Notes: generated from the letters alone by a model not told the origin. Positions 1 to 9,206 are shown, counted from the stretch's first letter. The stretch: 64,000 nt of DNA from Candidatus Tepidifontimicrobium thermophilum (GCA_031459915.1 JAVKHO010000008.1:32001-96000); one strand, 5' to 3'. Program-made: numbers and translations.

Positions 1-119
1 TGTAGTAGCGCGGTCCCGAGGGAGATCATGGAGCTACGCGTCCTCGCCCCGCGGCGGGCTCACCCGCCCGCGGGCCCCGCAAACCCCCAACGACTGCCCC
101 GCGCCGCGGAGGGGGTGCA

Positions 120-2168
120 GTGAGCGAGCTCGGTGGGTCCGCCGCTGCCCTCGCGCTCGCGCTCTGTGCGTATGCGGCAGGGGCTAGCTTCCACGGCGCC
201 CGCACGGGCAGCACACGCTGGGCGGACAGCGGGGCACGGGCTCTGTGGGCGGCGGGCGCTGCCCTGACCGTGTGCGTGGCGACGCTGCTGTACGCCCTGG
301 TGACGTGGGACTTCCGGCTGAGCTACGTGGTCCGCAACACCAGCCTCGCGACACCCCTGCTGTACCGGGTGACCGCCCTGTGGGGCGCGCAGGCGGGATC
401 CCTGCTGTTCTGGAGCTGGCTGCTGGCCCTGGTGGCCTCCGCCGCCGTGGCCGGGCAGCGCCGCCAGCACCCTCAGCTGTCCGCGTGGGCCTGCGCGGTG
501 CTGAGCGCGGTGCTGGGGTTTTTCCTGTTCCTGGTGGTCCTGGAGCGTCCGTTCCGGACCCTGCCGTTCGCGCCCGCAGACGGGCGCGGGCTGAACCCCC
601 TGCTGGAAGACCCCGGCATGGTGGCCCACCCGCCTTTGCTGTACCTGGGGTTCGTGGGGCTTGCCGTGCCCTACGCCTTCGCCATGGCCGCTTTAGTGAC
701 CCGGAGGCTGGACGCGGGCTGGGTCGCGGCCACCCGCCGCTGGACCGTGGCCAGCTGGCTCAGCCTGGGAGCCGGGCTGGTGGTGGGGGGGTGGTGGGCG
801 TACCGGACCCTGGGCTGGGGCGGGTACTGGGGCTGGGACCCGGTGGAGAACGCGGCTTTGGTCCCCTGGCTGGTCGCCACCGCGTACCTTCACTCCGCGG
901 TGGTGCAGGAGCGGCGCGGAGCCTTCGCCGCGTGGAACCTGACGCTGGTGGTGCTGGCGTTCGGCACCGCGGTCTTGGGCACCTTCCTCACGCGCACGGG
1001 GCTGGTGGTCTCCGTCCACAGCTTCGCGCGATCCGAGATCGGGCCGTACTTCCTCGGCTTCGTGGCGCTGCTGCTGGCGGCGTCCTTCGCCCTGGTGGCG
1101 TGGCGCTGGGACGACCTGCGGGGCAGCCCCCCGGTGGACGACCTGCGGTCGCGGGAGGGTGCTTTCCTGTTCAACAACGTGCTGTTTTTGAGCTTCGCGG
1201 GCGCGGTGCTGGTGGGCACCCTGTATCCGCTGGCGATCCAGGCGGCGGGAGGCCCGCAGGTGTTCGTGGGACCCCCGTACTTCCACGCGGTGGCCGCGCC
1301 CGTGGGCGTGGCGCTCCTCGTGCTGATGGGTGTCGCGGTGGGGCTGCCCTGGCGGCGCGCGGGTCCAGGTGTGGTGGCGCGTTTCCGCTACCCACTGTTC
1401 GCGGCGCTGATGGTGGCGATGGGATCCGGGGTGGTGCTGCGCCGTCCCGGCGTGGTGGCGGCCGCTGCGGCCCTGAGCTTCGCATTGTCCGCGACCCTGC
1501 AGGCGTTCCACGACGCGGGCCGGGCGGGCGCGCGGATCGGCCGGGGCTACCTCCAGGGCCTTCTGGAAGCGTTCCGGACGCAGCCCCGGCGCTACGGCGG
1601 CTACGTGGTGCACCTCGGGGTCCTGGTGATGGTGGTGGGCATCGTGGGGAGCCACGGGTACGTGCGGGAGCGCGAGGTGACGGTCCGCCCCGGTCAGACC
1701 TTCACCGTGGGCCCGTACGTTCTACGTTACCGGAGTTTGGAAGCGGGGGCCACGGCCCTGGCGGACGCACGCCGCGCCACGGTGGAGCTGAGGGAAGATG
1801 GACGCTCCCTGCTCCTGCAGCCGGTCCGGCTGTTCTACCCCAGGTGGGGGCAGGTGGTCAGCCGACCTGCGATCCGGTCCACCTGGCGGGAGGACGTGTA
1901 TGTGGTGCTGTGGGCCTTCCAGCCGGACGGCTCCGCCACGTTCCGCGCCTGGGTGAACCCCTTGGTGCGCTGGGTGTGGTTGGGCGCCCTCCTGGCGGCG
2001 GTGGGCACGGTGGTGACCCTGGGGCCGCGGGGAGGCAGCAGGCGAGCGGTCTTCGCCTTGGGCCCCTGGCCGTTGCGGCAGCAGCCTGCGCGGGACGGGC
2101 ACGGGGGGCGAGCGGTTCGGGAGGTGCTGCGGGCCCTGCGCGGCCCGAGGGCGGGCGGGGGACCGTGA
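120..2168 (+). CDS. ccmF: Cytochrome c-type biogenesis heme lyase CcmF/NrfE
   Basis: Polytopic membrane protein with the motifs WGGYWGWDPVENAALVPWL, GLNPLL...HPPLLYLG and SVHSFA. Confidence 0.95.
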   Translation: MSELGGSAAALALALCAYAAGASFHGARTGSTRWADSGARALWAAGAALTVCVATLLYALVTWDFRLSYVVRNTSLATPLLYRVTALWGAQAGSLLFWSWLLALVASAAVAGQRRQHPQLSAWACAVLSAVLGFFLFLVVLERPFRTLPFAPADGRGLNPLLEDPGMVAHPPLLYLGFVGLAVPYAFAMAALVTRRLDAGWVAATRRWTVASWLSLGAGLVVGGWWAYRTLGWGGYWGWDPVENAALVPWLVATAYLHSAVVQERRGAFAAWNLTLVVLAFGTAVLGTFLTRTGLVVSVHSFARSEIGPYFLGFVALLLAASFALVAWRWDDLRGSPPVDDLRSREGAFLFNNVLFLSFAGAVLVGTLYPLAIQAAGGPQVFVGPPYFHAVAAPVGVALLVLMGVAVGLPWRRAGPGVVARFRYPLFAALMVAMGSGVVLRRPGVVAAAAALSFALSATLQAFHDAGRAGARIGRGYLQGLLEAFRTQPRRYGGYVVHLGVLVMVVGIVGSHGYVREREVTVRPGQTFTVGPYVLRYRSLEAGATALADARRATVELREDGRSLLLQPVRLFYPRWGQVVSRPAIRSTWREDVYVVLWAFQPDGSATFRAWVNPLVRWVWLGALLAAVGTVVTLGPRGGSRRAVFALGPWPLRQQPARDGHGGRAVREVLRALRGPRAGGGP

Positions 2169-2569
2169 GGTGGGCCGGCCTGTTGGCCGCAGTCCTGACG
2201 GCGCTGTGGTGCGCGGGGGCCTGGGCCTCCGGGGATCTGGACGAGCGGGTTCGCGCGGTCGCTTCGCGGCTGATGTGCCCTGTGTGCGAGGGCCGCACGG
2301 TGGCGGACTCCACCTCAGAGCTGGCGGCGCAGATGCGGGCGGTGATCCGGGAAAAGCTGGCCCAGGGCGAGACCGAGGACGCAGTGCTGGCGTACTTCGT
2401 GGAGCGGTACGGGCCGTCGGTGCTGGCGACCCCTCCCGCCGCCGGGTCCGGTTGGGTGCTGTGGCTCGCGCCCGCGGCGCTGGCGGCCGGCGGGGCCGGC
2501 TACGTGGTGTACCGGTTCGGACGCCGCAGCCCGTGGACGTGGGCGGATGACGGCGAGGGAGAGGGCTGA
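2165..2569 (+). CDS. ccmH: Cytochrome c biogenesis protein CcmH (N-terminal redox domain)
   Basis: GTG overlaps the ccmF stop (GTGA); signal peptide, LMCPVCEG CxxC, YFVERYG and a C-terminal TM helix; this is the 3' part of ORF 245..2569. Confidence 0.9.
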   Translation: MRWAGLLAAVLTALWCAGAWASGDLDERVRAVASRLMCPVCEGRTVADSTSELAAQMRAVIREKLAQGETEDAVLAYFVERYGPSVLATPPAAGSGWVLWLAPAALAAGGAGYVVYRFGRRSPWTWADDGEGEG

Positions 2570-3512
2570 GGGGCAAGGCGGGCGGGGCCCTACCGGCCGG
2601 GTGGCCGTCCTGTTGGCTTGCGCCACGGCGCTGCTGACCACGGCCTCCGCGGCGGCGAGCCCGGTGGAGGGTGTGGTGGTGCACGGCGAAACGGGCCGAC
2701 CCGTGGCCGGCGTGGAGGTGCGGGTGGTGGGGATGGAACCCGGGGAGCCACCCGTGGAGGTGGTCTCCCGCACGGACCGAGGGGGCCGCTTCCAGGCACG
2801 GCTGCAGCCGGTGCGGCGCACGTACGTGGTGCAGGCCACGTTTGACGGGGTGACCTACACGAGCGGACCGTACCCGGCCTCTGGGGCCCTGTCGGCGGTG
2901 ACGCTCCGGGTGTTCGACGCCACCCGGGAACCTCCGGCGCTCCGGATCTCCCGGCGCGCACTGTTGCTGGATCGCGAGGGCCCGTGGTTTGTGGTGCGGG
3001 AGGTGACGGTCGTGCACAACCCGTCCCTACGCACCTACGTGGGAGCGGCGTCCAGCGCGGGGACGTGGCGGGTGCCGCTGCTGCGCGGCGCGCAGGACGT
3101 CCGGGTGGTCAGGGGGATGGTCCCCGCGGGCGTGGACCCGGATGGCGCCCTGGTGGACACCCTGCCGGTGCAGCCCGGCGAGCGGGCCGCGGTGGTGATG
3201 TACCGGGTGCGGGCGCGTGGGCCCTCCCTTCTGGAGCTGCCCACCGGGCTCGCCACCGAGTCCCTGGACGTGTTCGTAGCCGAACCCCTGCGGGTGGGGT
3301 CGGAGGTCCTGCGATTGCGGGAGGTCCGGCAGGTGGAGGGGATGCGGGTGGCGTGGCTGCAGGCGCGGGGTCTTCCGCCGGACGCAGTGGTCCCGCTGAG
3401 GGTGGAAGGCGTGCCCGAGGAGCCCCGTGGGGCGTCGCTCCTCCTGGCCGCGCTGCTGGCGGTGGGCTCCGCTACCTTCGTGGCCTGGCCCTGGTTGGCC
3501 CGGCGCGGTTGA
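2547..3512 (+). CDS. Exported, membrane-anchored hypothetical protein with an N-terminal carboxypeptidase-regulatory-like beta domain
   Basis: Signal peptide, VEGVVVHGETGRPVAGVEV...TDRGGRF pattern, C-terminal TM helix; overlaps ccmH. Confidence 0.7.
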   Translation: MTARERAEGQGGRGPTGRVAVLLACATALLTTASAAASPVEGVVVHGETGRPVAGVEVRVVGMEPGEPPVEVVSRTDRGGRFQARLQPVRRTYVVQATFDGVTYTSGPYPASGALSAVTLRVFDATREPPALRISRRALLLDREGPWFVVREVTVVHNPSLRTYVGAASSAGTWRVPLLRGAQDVRVVRGMVPAGVDPDGALVDTLPVQPGERAAVVMYRVRARGPSLLELPTGLATESLDVFVAEPLRVGSEVLRLREVRQVEGMRVAWLQARGLPPDAVVPLRVEGVPEEPRGASLLLAALLAVGSATFVAWPWLARRG

Positions 3513-3538
3513 TGCAGTCCGCGGCACTGGTCTACACT
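3509..3538 (+). promoter_or_regulatory. Putative sigma70 promoter TTGATG-N18-TACACT for the uORF/ABC operon
   Basis: -35 and -10 hexamers read directly; an ATG lies 9 nt downstream. Confidence 0.45.
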
Positions 3539-3547
3539 AGGGCCAGC

Positions 3548-3655
3548 ATGGGATGGCTGCACGCGCTGTACCTCCCGTTCGCGCCGCGGCAGTGCATCTG
3601 TCCTCCGCGGGGGCGGCGGGGTAGCTCCCGCCACGCCGACCCCCGCGTCGCCTGA
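3548..3655 (+). CDS. Putative 35-aa leader peptide containing Cys-Ile-Cys
   Basis: MGWLHALYLPFAPRQCICPPRGRRGSSRHADPRVA; sits just after the promoter and about 150 nt before the ABC substrate-binding gene. Confidence 0.35.
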   Translation: MGWLHALYLPFAPRQCICPPRGRRGSSRHADPRVA

Positions 3656-3805
3656 CCGCGCGCGGCCGCATCCTCACAGTTCCCGAGCAGTCCTAGACGT
3701 GTGCGGCCCGCGACCCCGGCCCGCCGCTGCGGGCAAGGTGGGTCCGTGGAGGGCCTGCCGGTGCGGCCGGGGTGGCTGAAGGACCCGGACGCAGGAGGTG
3801 ACGGG

Positions 3806-4873
3806 ATGCCGAGCAGGCACTTGGACCCGACGGAGCACTGCTGCCAGGAGCTGGCCGGGGACACAGCGCGGCTACCCCGGAGGCGGTTTTTGGCCTGGCT
3901 GGTGGCCGCGGGGCTGTCGGGGTGGCAGGCGCTGGCGCGCACCGGCTCTGCGCAGACCCGCCGCCGGGTGAGGTTGGGGTTCTGCGGGCAGCTGCTGTGC
4001 GTGGTCCCCTACGAGGTGGCCCGGCACCACGGCTACTTCGCGGAGCAGGGGCTGGACGTGGAACTGGTGTACTTCCGCGGCGGCGCGGCAGCCATGCAGG
4101 CCCTGGTGGCCGGCGCGGTGGACTACGCCGCCACGTCGTTCGACGTGGCGCTCGGGGCGCACGCGCGGGGCGCGCGCATCGTCCGCTTCTTCACCACCGG
4201 GAGGCTGCCGCTGTTCGCTCTGGTGACCGCGCCGGGCCAGGCGGATCGTATCCGGCGACTGGAGGACCTGGCGGGCCGGACGGTGGGGGTCTCAGGGCTC
4301 GGGAACGCTGACCACGTCCTGGCGCTGTACCTGGTTCGCCGGGCGGGGGTGGATCCCCAGCGGGTCCGGTTCGCGGTCTTGGGGCCTAACCTGTTCGACG
4401 CGCTGCGGGTGGGCCACGTGGACGCGGGGATGGTGCAGGAGCCCGCGCTGAGTCTTCTCAGCCGGAGCGGCGCGCGGGTGCTGGCGAACCTCATGGACTT
4501 GAAGCAGGCTGACCGCTTCCTGGGTGGTCCCTACGAGTTCATGGGGGTGGCGGTGCGCAGGGACGAGTGGCAGGCCCGCGAGGCGGAGATGCGGGCGCTG
4601 GCGCGGGCGCTCACGCGGGCCCTGCGCCTGATCCACTACGGGACCCCCCGGCTGGTGGTGCAGGCCCTCCCGCCGGAGCTGGTGGCGGGTGGAGATCGGG
4701 AACTGTTTGAGGCTGTGCTGGCGCGCCACCGTCGGTCCCTGTACCCGCAGTCAGGGCGCATCGACCTGACCGCCGCCCGTCGCGTCGCCGACCTGCAGGC
4801 CCAGGCGGGCGTACTGAGCCGGCCGGTGGATCCTGCGGAGCTGGTCAGCAACGCCATCGTGGAGGGGCTGTGA
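3806..4873 (+). CDS. NitT/TauT (SsuA/NMT1-like) ABC transporter substrate-binding protein with probable Tat signal
   Basis: RBS GGAGGT before ATG 3806; PRRRFL twin-arginine motif; GYFAEQGLDVELVYFRGGAAAMQALVAGAVD. Confidence 0.88.
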   Translation: MPSRHLDPTEHCCQELAGDTARLPRRRFLAWLVAAGLSGWQALARTGSAQTRRRVRLGFCGQLLCVVPYEVARHHGYFAEQGLDVELVYFRGGAAAMQALVAGAVDYAATSFDVALGAHARGARIVRFFTTGRLPLFALVTAPGQADRIRRLEDLAGRTVGVSGLGNADHVLALYLVRRAGVDPQRVRFAVLGPNLFDALRVGHVDAGMVQEPALSLLSRSGARVLANLMDLKQADRFLGGPYEFMGVAVRRDEWQAREAEMRALARALTRALRLIHYGTPRLVVQALPPELVAGGDRELFEAVLARHRRSLYPQSGRIDLTAARRVADLQAQAGVLSRPVDPAELVSNAIVEGL

Positions 4874-5649
4874 GCGCGCTGCGGATCCGCGGTCTGGAAG
4901 TCCGGTACGGATCTCACCGGGTCCTGGGCGGTGTGGACCTGGAGCTGGGCGAGGGCGAGTTTCTGGGTCTGGTGGGCCCCTCAGGTTGCGGGAAGAGCAC
5001 CCTGCTGCGGTGCGTGGCCGGGCTGGTGCAGCCCGAGGCCGGGCACGTGGAGGTATTCGGGAATCCCGTGCGGGGTCCCAGCCCCGAGGTCGGGATCCTG
5101 TTCCAGGACGACGCGCTGCTCCCCTGGCGGACGGCGCGGGAGAACGTGGCGCTACCCCTGCGTTTCCGCGGCGCCTCCCCGCGGGAGGCGCAAGAGCAGG
5201 CGGACCGGTGGCTTCGCCGGGTCGGGCTGGAGGGGTTCGGCGACCACTACCCCTCGGAGCTGTCCGGCGGGATGCGCAAGCGGGTGGCGCTGGCGCAGGT
5301 GCTGGCCGTGCGGCCCCGGCTGCTCCTGATGGACGAGCCCTTCGCCAGTGTGGACGCCATCGTACGCCACGTGCTGGAAGTGGACTTCTGCCGCCTGGTG
5401 GCTGAGGCGGGGACGGCGGTGTTGCTCGTGACTCACGACCTGGAGGAGGCTATCAGCCTCTGCGACCGGGTAGCGGTGATGTCCGCGGGACCCGCCGCGC
5501 GCATCGTGGCCGTGTACCAGATCCCCTTCGGACGGCCTCGGAATCCCGTGACCGTTCGCGCGGAGAACGAGTTCGGGCCGCTGGTGCGCGCGGTGTGGGA
5601 GACCTTGCAGGTGGAGGTGGCACGCATGGGCTGGGAGCTGTCGGCATGA
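4870..5649 (+). CDS. NitT/TauT ABC transporter ATP-binding protein
   Basis: GPSGCGKST, LLPWRTARENV, LSGGMRKRV, LLMDEPF. Confidence 0.93.
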   Translation: MSALRIRGLEVRYGSHRVLGGVDLELGEGEFLGLVGPSGCGKSTLLRCVAGLVQPEAGHVEVFGNPVRGPSPEVGILFQDDALLPWRTARENVALPLRFRGASPREAQEQADRWLRRVGLEGFGDHYPSELSGGMRKRVALAQVLAVRPRLLLMDEPFASVDAIVRHVLEVDFCRLVAEAGTAVLLVTHDLEEAISLCDRVAVMSAGPAARIVAVYQIPFGRPRNPVTVRAENEFGPLVRAVWETLQVEVARMGWELSA

Positions 5650-6446
5650 GCCGCGTGTTGGGCCTGACGCTGTTTCTGGGTGGCTGGGAGCTAGCCAGCC
5701 GTGCCCGCTGGCTGGATCCCTTCCTGTTCCCTCCCCCAAGCGGGGTAGGGTGGGTGATCTACGAGCTAGTCCGGTCAGGCCAGGTATGGCCCCACTTCCG
5801 GGTGACGGTCACGGAGGCGCTGGCAGGCCTCGTCCTGGGCACGGGCACTGGGGCGGCGTTGGGCCTGGTGTGCGCGGGCTTCCGCCCCCTGGCGGAGGTG
5901 GTGGAGCCTGCCATGGCGCTGCTGAACGCGATTCCGCGGGTGATCCTAGCCCCGCTCTTCGTGATCTGGTTGGGGATCGGGATGGCCTCCAAGGTGGCCC
6001 TCAGCTTCCTGCTCGTGATGGTGGTCATGTTCTTCGCCACCTACACCGGCATCCGGGAGGTGGACGGACGGCTGGTGGAGCGCGTCCGGACCCTGGGCGG
6101 GGGACGGCGCGAGGTGGTGCGGGAAGTGTACGTTCCGTCCGTGACCGCGTGGGTGGCCAGTGGCCTGAAGGTGGCGGTGGGCTTTGCCTTCACCGGCGCG
6201 GTGGTGGGTGAGTTCGTGGCTTCCAGCCAGGGCCTGGGGTACCTGCTGTCCTTTGCCCAGAGCACGTACAACGCGTCGCTAACGCTGGCGCTCATCGCGC
6301 TGGTGGTCGGGGTCATCCTGCTGCTCTTCTGGGGGTTCGGTTCGCTGGAGCGATGGTGGCTGCGGTGGAAGCCGGAGTACCGAAGCCGCCGGGCCTACCC
6401 GAAGGCCCTCCCGCGGACCGTCCGACCGGCCGAGCAAGTCCCCTGA
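5646..6446 (+). CDS. NitT/TauT ABC transporter permease
   Basis: ATGA overlap with the ATPase stop; IPRVILAPLFVIWLGIG, GAVVGEFVASSQGLG. Confidence 0.92.
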   Translation: MSRVLGLTLFLGGWELASRARWLDPFLFPPPSGVGWVIYELVRSGQVWPHFRVTVTEALAGLVLGTGTGAALGLVCAGFRPLAEVVEPAMALLNAIPRVILAPLFVIWLGIGMASKVALSFLLVMVVMFFATYTGIREVDGRLVERVRTLGGGRREVVREVYVPSVTAWVASGLKVAVGFAFTGAVVGEFVASSQGLGYLLSFAQSTYNASLTLALIALVVGVILLLFWGFGSLERWWLRWKPEYRSRRAYPKALPRTVRPAEQVP

Positions 6447-6476
6447 CGCCGGAGCGCCCGGCGGCTTCGGAGAGGC

Positions 6477-6980
6477 TCAGGACGTGGGAGCTGGCTGCCG
6501 GCTGGCCTTAACTCCGAGCCCGCTCCCCAGCAGCACGGCCAGCACCACGCCCGACAGCACGGCGGGCTCCGCGGGCACCGACAGGCCCAGGTGGGGGTCC
6601 AGCGCGTAGGCGCCGGGCCCGGTCAGGCCGACACCTACGGCGACCGCGGCGTTGACCAGCGGGTACTCAAAGCCGCCGTTCTCGGCCCAGAGCCCGTGGC
6701 GGGCATGCACCAGGACGGTGGCCGCCGCCATCACCGGGACCAACAGGACCGGGGCCAGGGGCGTGAGCAAGCCCAGGGCCAGCAACGCACCGCCCACCAG
6801 CTCTGCTAGCCCTGCGGCCAGCGCCCACACCCAGCCCGGCCGGAGGCCCAGCGACTCCATCCAGGCTCCCGTCTGGGCCAGGCCCGCCCCGGAGGGCCAG
6901 CCGAACAGCTTCTGAGCCCCGTGCCCGACGAACAGGAGCCCGACCACCGACCGCACGATCAGCAAGCCCAGGTCCAGCAT
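6477..6980 (-). CDS. DoxX family membrane protein
   Basis: HGAQKLFGW, AELVGG, NGGFEYPL, GPGAYALD; RBS AAAGGAGGT before ATG 6980. Confidence 0.9.
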   Translation of the reverse strand: MLDLGLLIVRSVVGLLFVGHGAQKLFGWPSGAGLAQTGAWMESLGLRPGWVWALAAGLAELVGGALLALGLLTPLAPVLLVPVMAAATVLVHARHGLWAENGGFEYPLVNAAVAVGVGLTGPGAYALDPHLGLSVPAEPAVLSGVVLAVLLGSGLGVKASRQPAPTS

Positions 6981-7100
6981 CGGACTCACCTCCTTTCGCC
7001 GTCACGGGTTGGCCTCACGGGACGATCTGTACGGAGCCCTCGCGGGCAGCGAGCTTTACTACGCTGTCCACTTCTGGGTAACGGACCCCCACCTCGCGAG

Positions 7101-7961
7101 CTATTCCCGGGGCCGGCCGGGGCCCCGACCCGGGACGGGCCGCGGCGTGGGTGGCGCGTACGGGATCGGCACGTACTCCACCGACGGCCGACGGGGCCCT
7201 GCTTGTGGGTACAGGGCCATGAGCCGGTGGACCTCCGGGGGCATGTCTGTGGACACACGCAGCCCCAGCTCCCGGGCCTCCTCCACGGTGATGGGGTAGT
7301 CGTGGGTCCACCTTCCGCAGCTCAGGGCGTCCGCCACGGCGTCCGCACGTTCAGGGGGCATTTTGTCCGCCAGCAGCTCCCGGACCGCCGTCCGGACCTG
7401 GCGCAGGGCCTTCTCCGCCACGTCGGCCAGGATCACCGTCTGGTCGTCCACCTCGTTGATGTTCTTGCGCTCCAGCACCTTGAGGACGGAGGCCGCGGGG
7501 TACTGGCCCAGCTGGGGATCCACGGGGCCCAGGACCGCGTGTGGGTCCATGACGATCTCGTCCGCGGCCAGGGCGATGAGGGTGCCGCCGGACATGGCGT
7601 AGTGGGGGACGAACACCGTGACCTTCCCCCGGTGGGCCTGGAGGGCCCGCGCGATCTGCTCCGCGGCCAGCACGAGACCTCCCGGGGTGTGCAGGATGAG
7701 GTCAATGGGCATCTCCGGAGGGGTGAAGCGCACCGCGCGCAGGACCGCCTCGGAGTCGTCGATGTCGATGTAGCGGACCAGGGGGAAACCCAGCAGGCTC
7801 ATGGTCTCCTGCCGGTGGATCATGGCGATCACCCTCGAGCCGCGCGCGCGTTCCAGCTCATGGATCAGGCGCAGCCGCGCGGCCTCCAGCCAGCGCCGCT
7901 GCAGGACGGGCTGCAGGGCCGAAGCGATGAAGAAGAACCACAGGATGTCCAGAGCGGTCAC
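7101..7961 (-). CDS. SDH/ClpP-class serine protease (DUF114-like)
   Basis: IDLILHTPGGLVLAAEQIA, PHYAMSGGTLIALAADEI, LGPVDPQ, WTHDYPIT; RBS GGAGGAGG before GTG. Confidence 0.88.
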   Translation of the reverse strand: MTALDILWFFFIASALQPVLQRRWLEAARLRLIHELERARGSRVIAMIHRQETMSLLGFPLVRYIDIDDSEAVLRAVRFTPPEMPIDLILHTPGGLVLAAEQIARALQAHRGKVTVFVPHYAMSGGTLIALAADEIVMDPHAVLGPVDPQLGQYPAASVLKVLERKNINEVDDQTVILADVAEKALRQVRTAVRELLADKMPPERADAVADALSCGRWTHDYPITVEEARELGLRVSTDMPPEVHRLMALYPQAGPRRPSVEYVPIPYAPPTPRPVPGRGPGRPRE

Positions 7962-8132
7962 GGTCCCTCCTCCTGTCAAGCAGTTCCTTTGATGGCCCCT
8001 GCGCCGACGTCGCCCGGGGGCGGGTGGGACGAGTATAGCGCGGATGGAGGAACGGGCAGCCCCGCGCCGGAGCTCCGAGGGGCTGGCGGGGGCCCTCCGC
8101 GGGCCGCGCGGGGACGCGCTACAATACGCCCG

Positions 8133-9071
8133 ATGGGGTTCACGGTGACCGACCTGGCCGACCTGTTGCGGCTGCTGGAGGAGCGGCCGGAGTGGAAGAA
8201 TGCCCTACGCACGGTCCTGCTGGGAGAAGAGTTCCTGCAGCTCCCGGAGCTCGTCCGGCGTCTTGCCGTGGGGCAGGAGCGGATCCAGCAGGAACTGGCG
8301 GCTCTCGCTGCGGAGGTGCGCGGTCTAGCGGAGGCGCAGCGGCGGACGGAGGAGCGGGTGGGGCGGCTGGAGCAGGCGCTGGCGGAGCTAGCGGAGGCGC
8401 AGCGACGGACGGAGGAGCGGGTAGGGCGGCTGGAGCAGGCGCTGGCGGAGCTAGCGGAGGCGCAGCGGCGGACGGAGGAGCGGGTGGGGCGGCTGGAGCA
8501 GGCGCTGGCGGAGCTAGCGGAGGCGCAGCGGCGGACGGAGGAGCGGGTGGGGCGGCTGGAGCAGGCGCTGGCGGAGCTAGCGGAGGCGCAGCGGCGGACG
8601 CAGCAGCAGCTTTCCGGGGTCGTGGGGGCGCTCCGCGTGGTGGAGGCGCGCCTGGGCCGCCTGGAAGACGCGCTCGGGTTGACCGTGGAGGAGCACGCGG
8701 AAGACATCCTGCTGATGGTTCTGGAGGACAAGGGCCTCCGCGTCCTGGAGGGGCCGCACCCGATCCCGGTGGACGGTGAGGGGCAGGTGGACCTGGCAGC
8801 GGTTTGCGAGGACGCTTCGGGCAACCGTCTGACCGTGGTGGTGGAGTCCAAGGCCCGGCTATCCGTGTCTGCGTTGCGCCGGTGGGCTGATCGGGTGGGG
8901 TCTAGCGCGTTTCGGGACAAGCTGCGGCAGGCCGGGCTGCCCGGCCCGTTCCTCGCGTACGCGTTCGGTATCCGGGTGGACCGGGCAGTGGAGCAGGCGG
9001 CTCGCGAGCGGGGTCTGGGTTTGCTGTCCGGCCGCGGTGAGCTTGTCGCCCCGGCCGGCCCTCTGGACTGA
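8133..9071 (+). CDS. Coiled-coil repeat protein with a C-terminal PD-(D/E)xK-like domain
   Basis: TACAAT 7 nt before the ATG (leaderless); 21-aa repeats [22 protein letters not shown]-terminal QVDLAAV...VVVESKARL. Confidence 0.8.
   Translation: MGFTVTDLADLLRLLEERPEWKNALRTVLLGEEFLQLPELVRRLAVGQERIQQELAALAAEVRGLAEAQRRTEERVGRLEQALAELAEAQRRTEERVGRLEQALAELAEAQRRTEERVGRLEQALAELAEAQRRTEERVGRLEQALAELAEAQRRTQQQLSGVVGALRVVEARLGRLEDALGLTVEEHAEDILLMVLEDKGLRVLEGPHPIPVDGEGQVDLAAVCEDASGNRLTVVVESKARLSVSALRRWADRVGSSAFRDKLRQAGLPGPFLAYAFGIRVDRAVEQAARERGLGLLSGRGELVAPAGPLD
8325..8600 (+). repeat. In-frame 63-bp tandem repeat, 4 full copies plus a 24-bp partial copy
   Basis: Units start at 8325, 8388, 8451, 8514 and 8577; copy 2 carries two synonymous changes. 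Confidence 0.95.
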
Positions 9072-9120
9072 GATCCTCCCCGTAATCCTCCGACCCTCCG
9101 GCTCACCCAGTGCGGGCGGC

Positions 9121-9167
9121 TTGTCAAGGTGGGCACCTTGACAACCCGCCCCCGCACGCCGCACACT
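9121..9167 (+). promoter_or_regulatory. Perfect inverted repeat TTGTCAAGGTG-GG-CACCTTGACAA overlapping a TTGACA-N18-CACACT promoter
   Basis: Read directly at 9121-9144; -35 at 9138-9143, -10 at 9162-9167. Confidence 0.6.
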
Positions 9168-9206
9168 GGGAGGACGACGGAAGCAGAGGTGGAGGGGGCC
9201 TGCGGG

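Noticed and set aside
1..123. Possible 3' end of an upstream ccm gene (open frame ending TGA 121-123)
   Set aside because: Too short, with no recognisable motif; cannot be supported from this window
245..2164. 774-aa ORF 245..2569
   Set aside because: The upstream part is an off-frame shadow of ccmF; only 2165-2569 (ccmH) is protein-like
7040..7095. Possible HxlR/Rrf2-type operator upstream of doxX
   Set aside because: Only weak dyad symmetry and no cognate regulator nearby
6921..8132. N-terminal extension of the 716-aa ORF
   Set aside because: Antisense to the DoxX and SDH protease genes; the real start is ATG 8133 after TACAAT
8325..8600. Tandem repeat as a CRISPR array
   Set aside because: The units are contiguous and in-frame, with no unique spacers and no cas genes; it is a coding coiled-coil repeat
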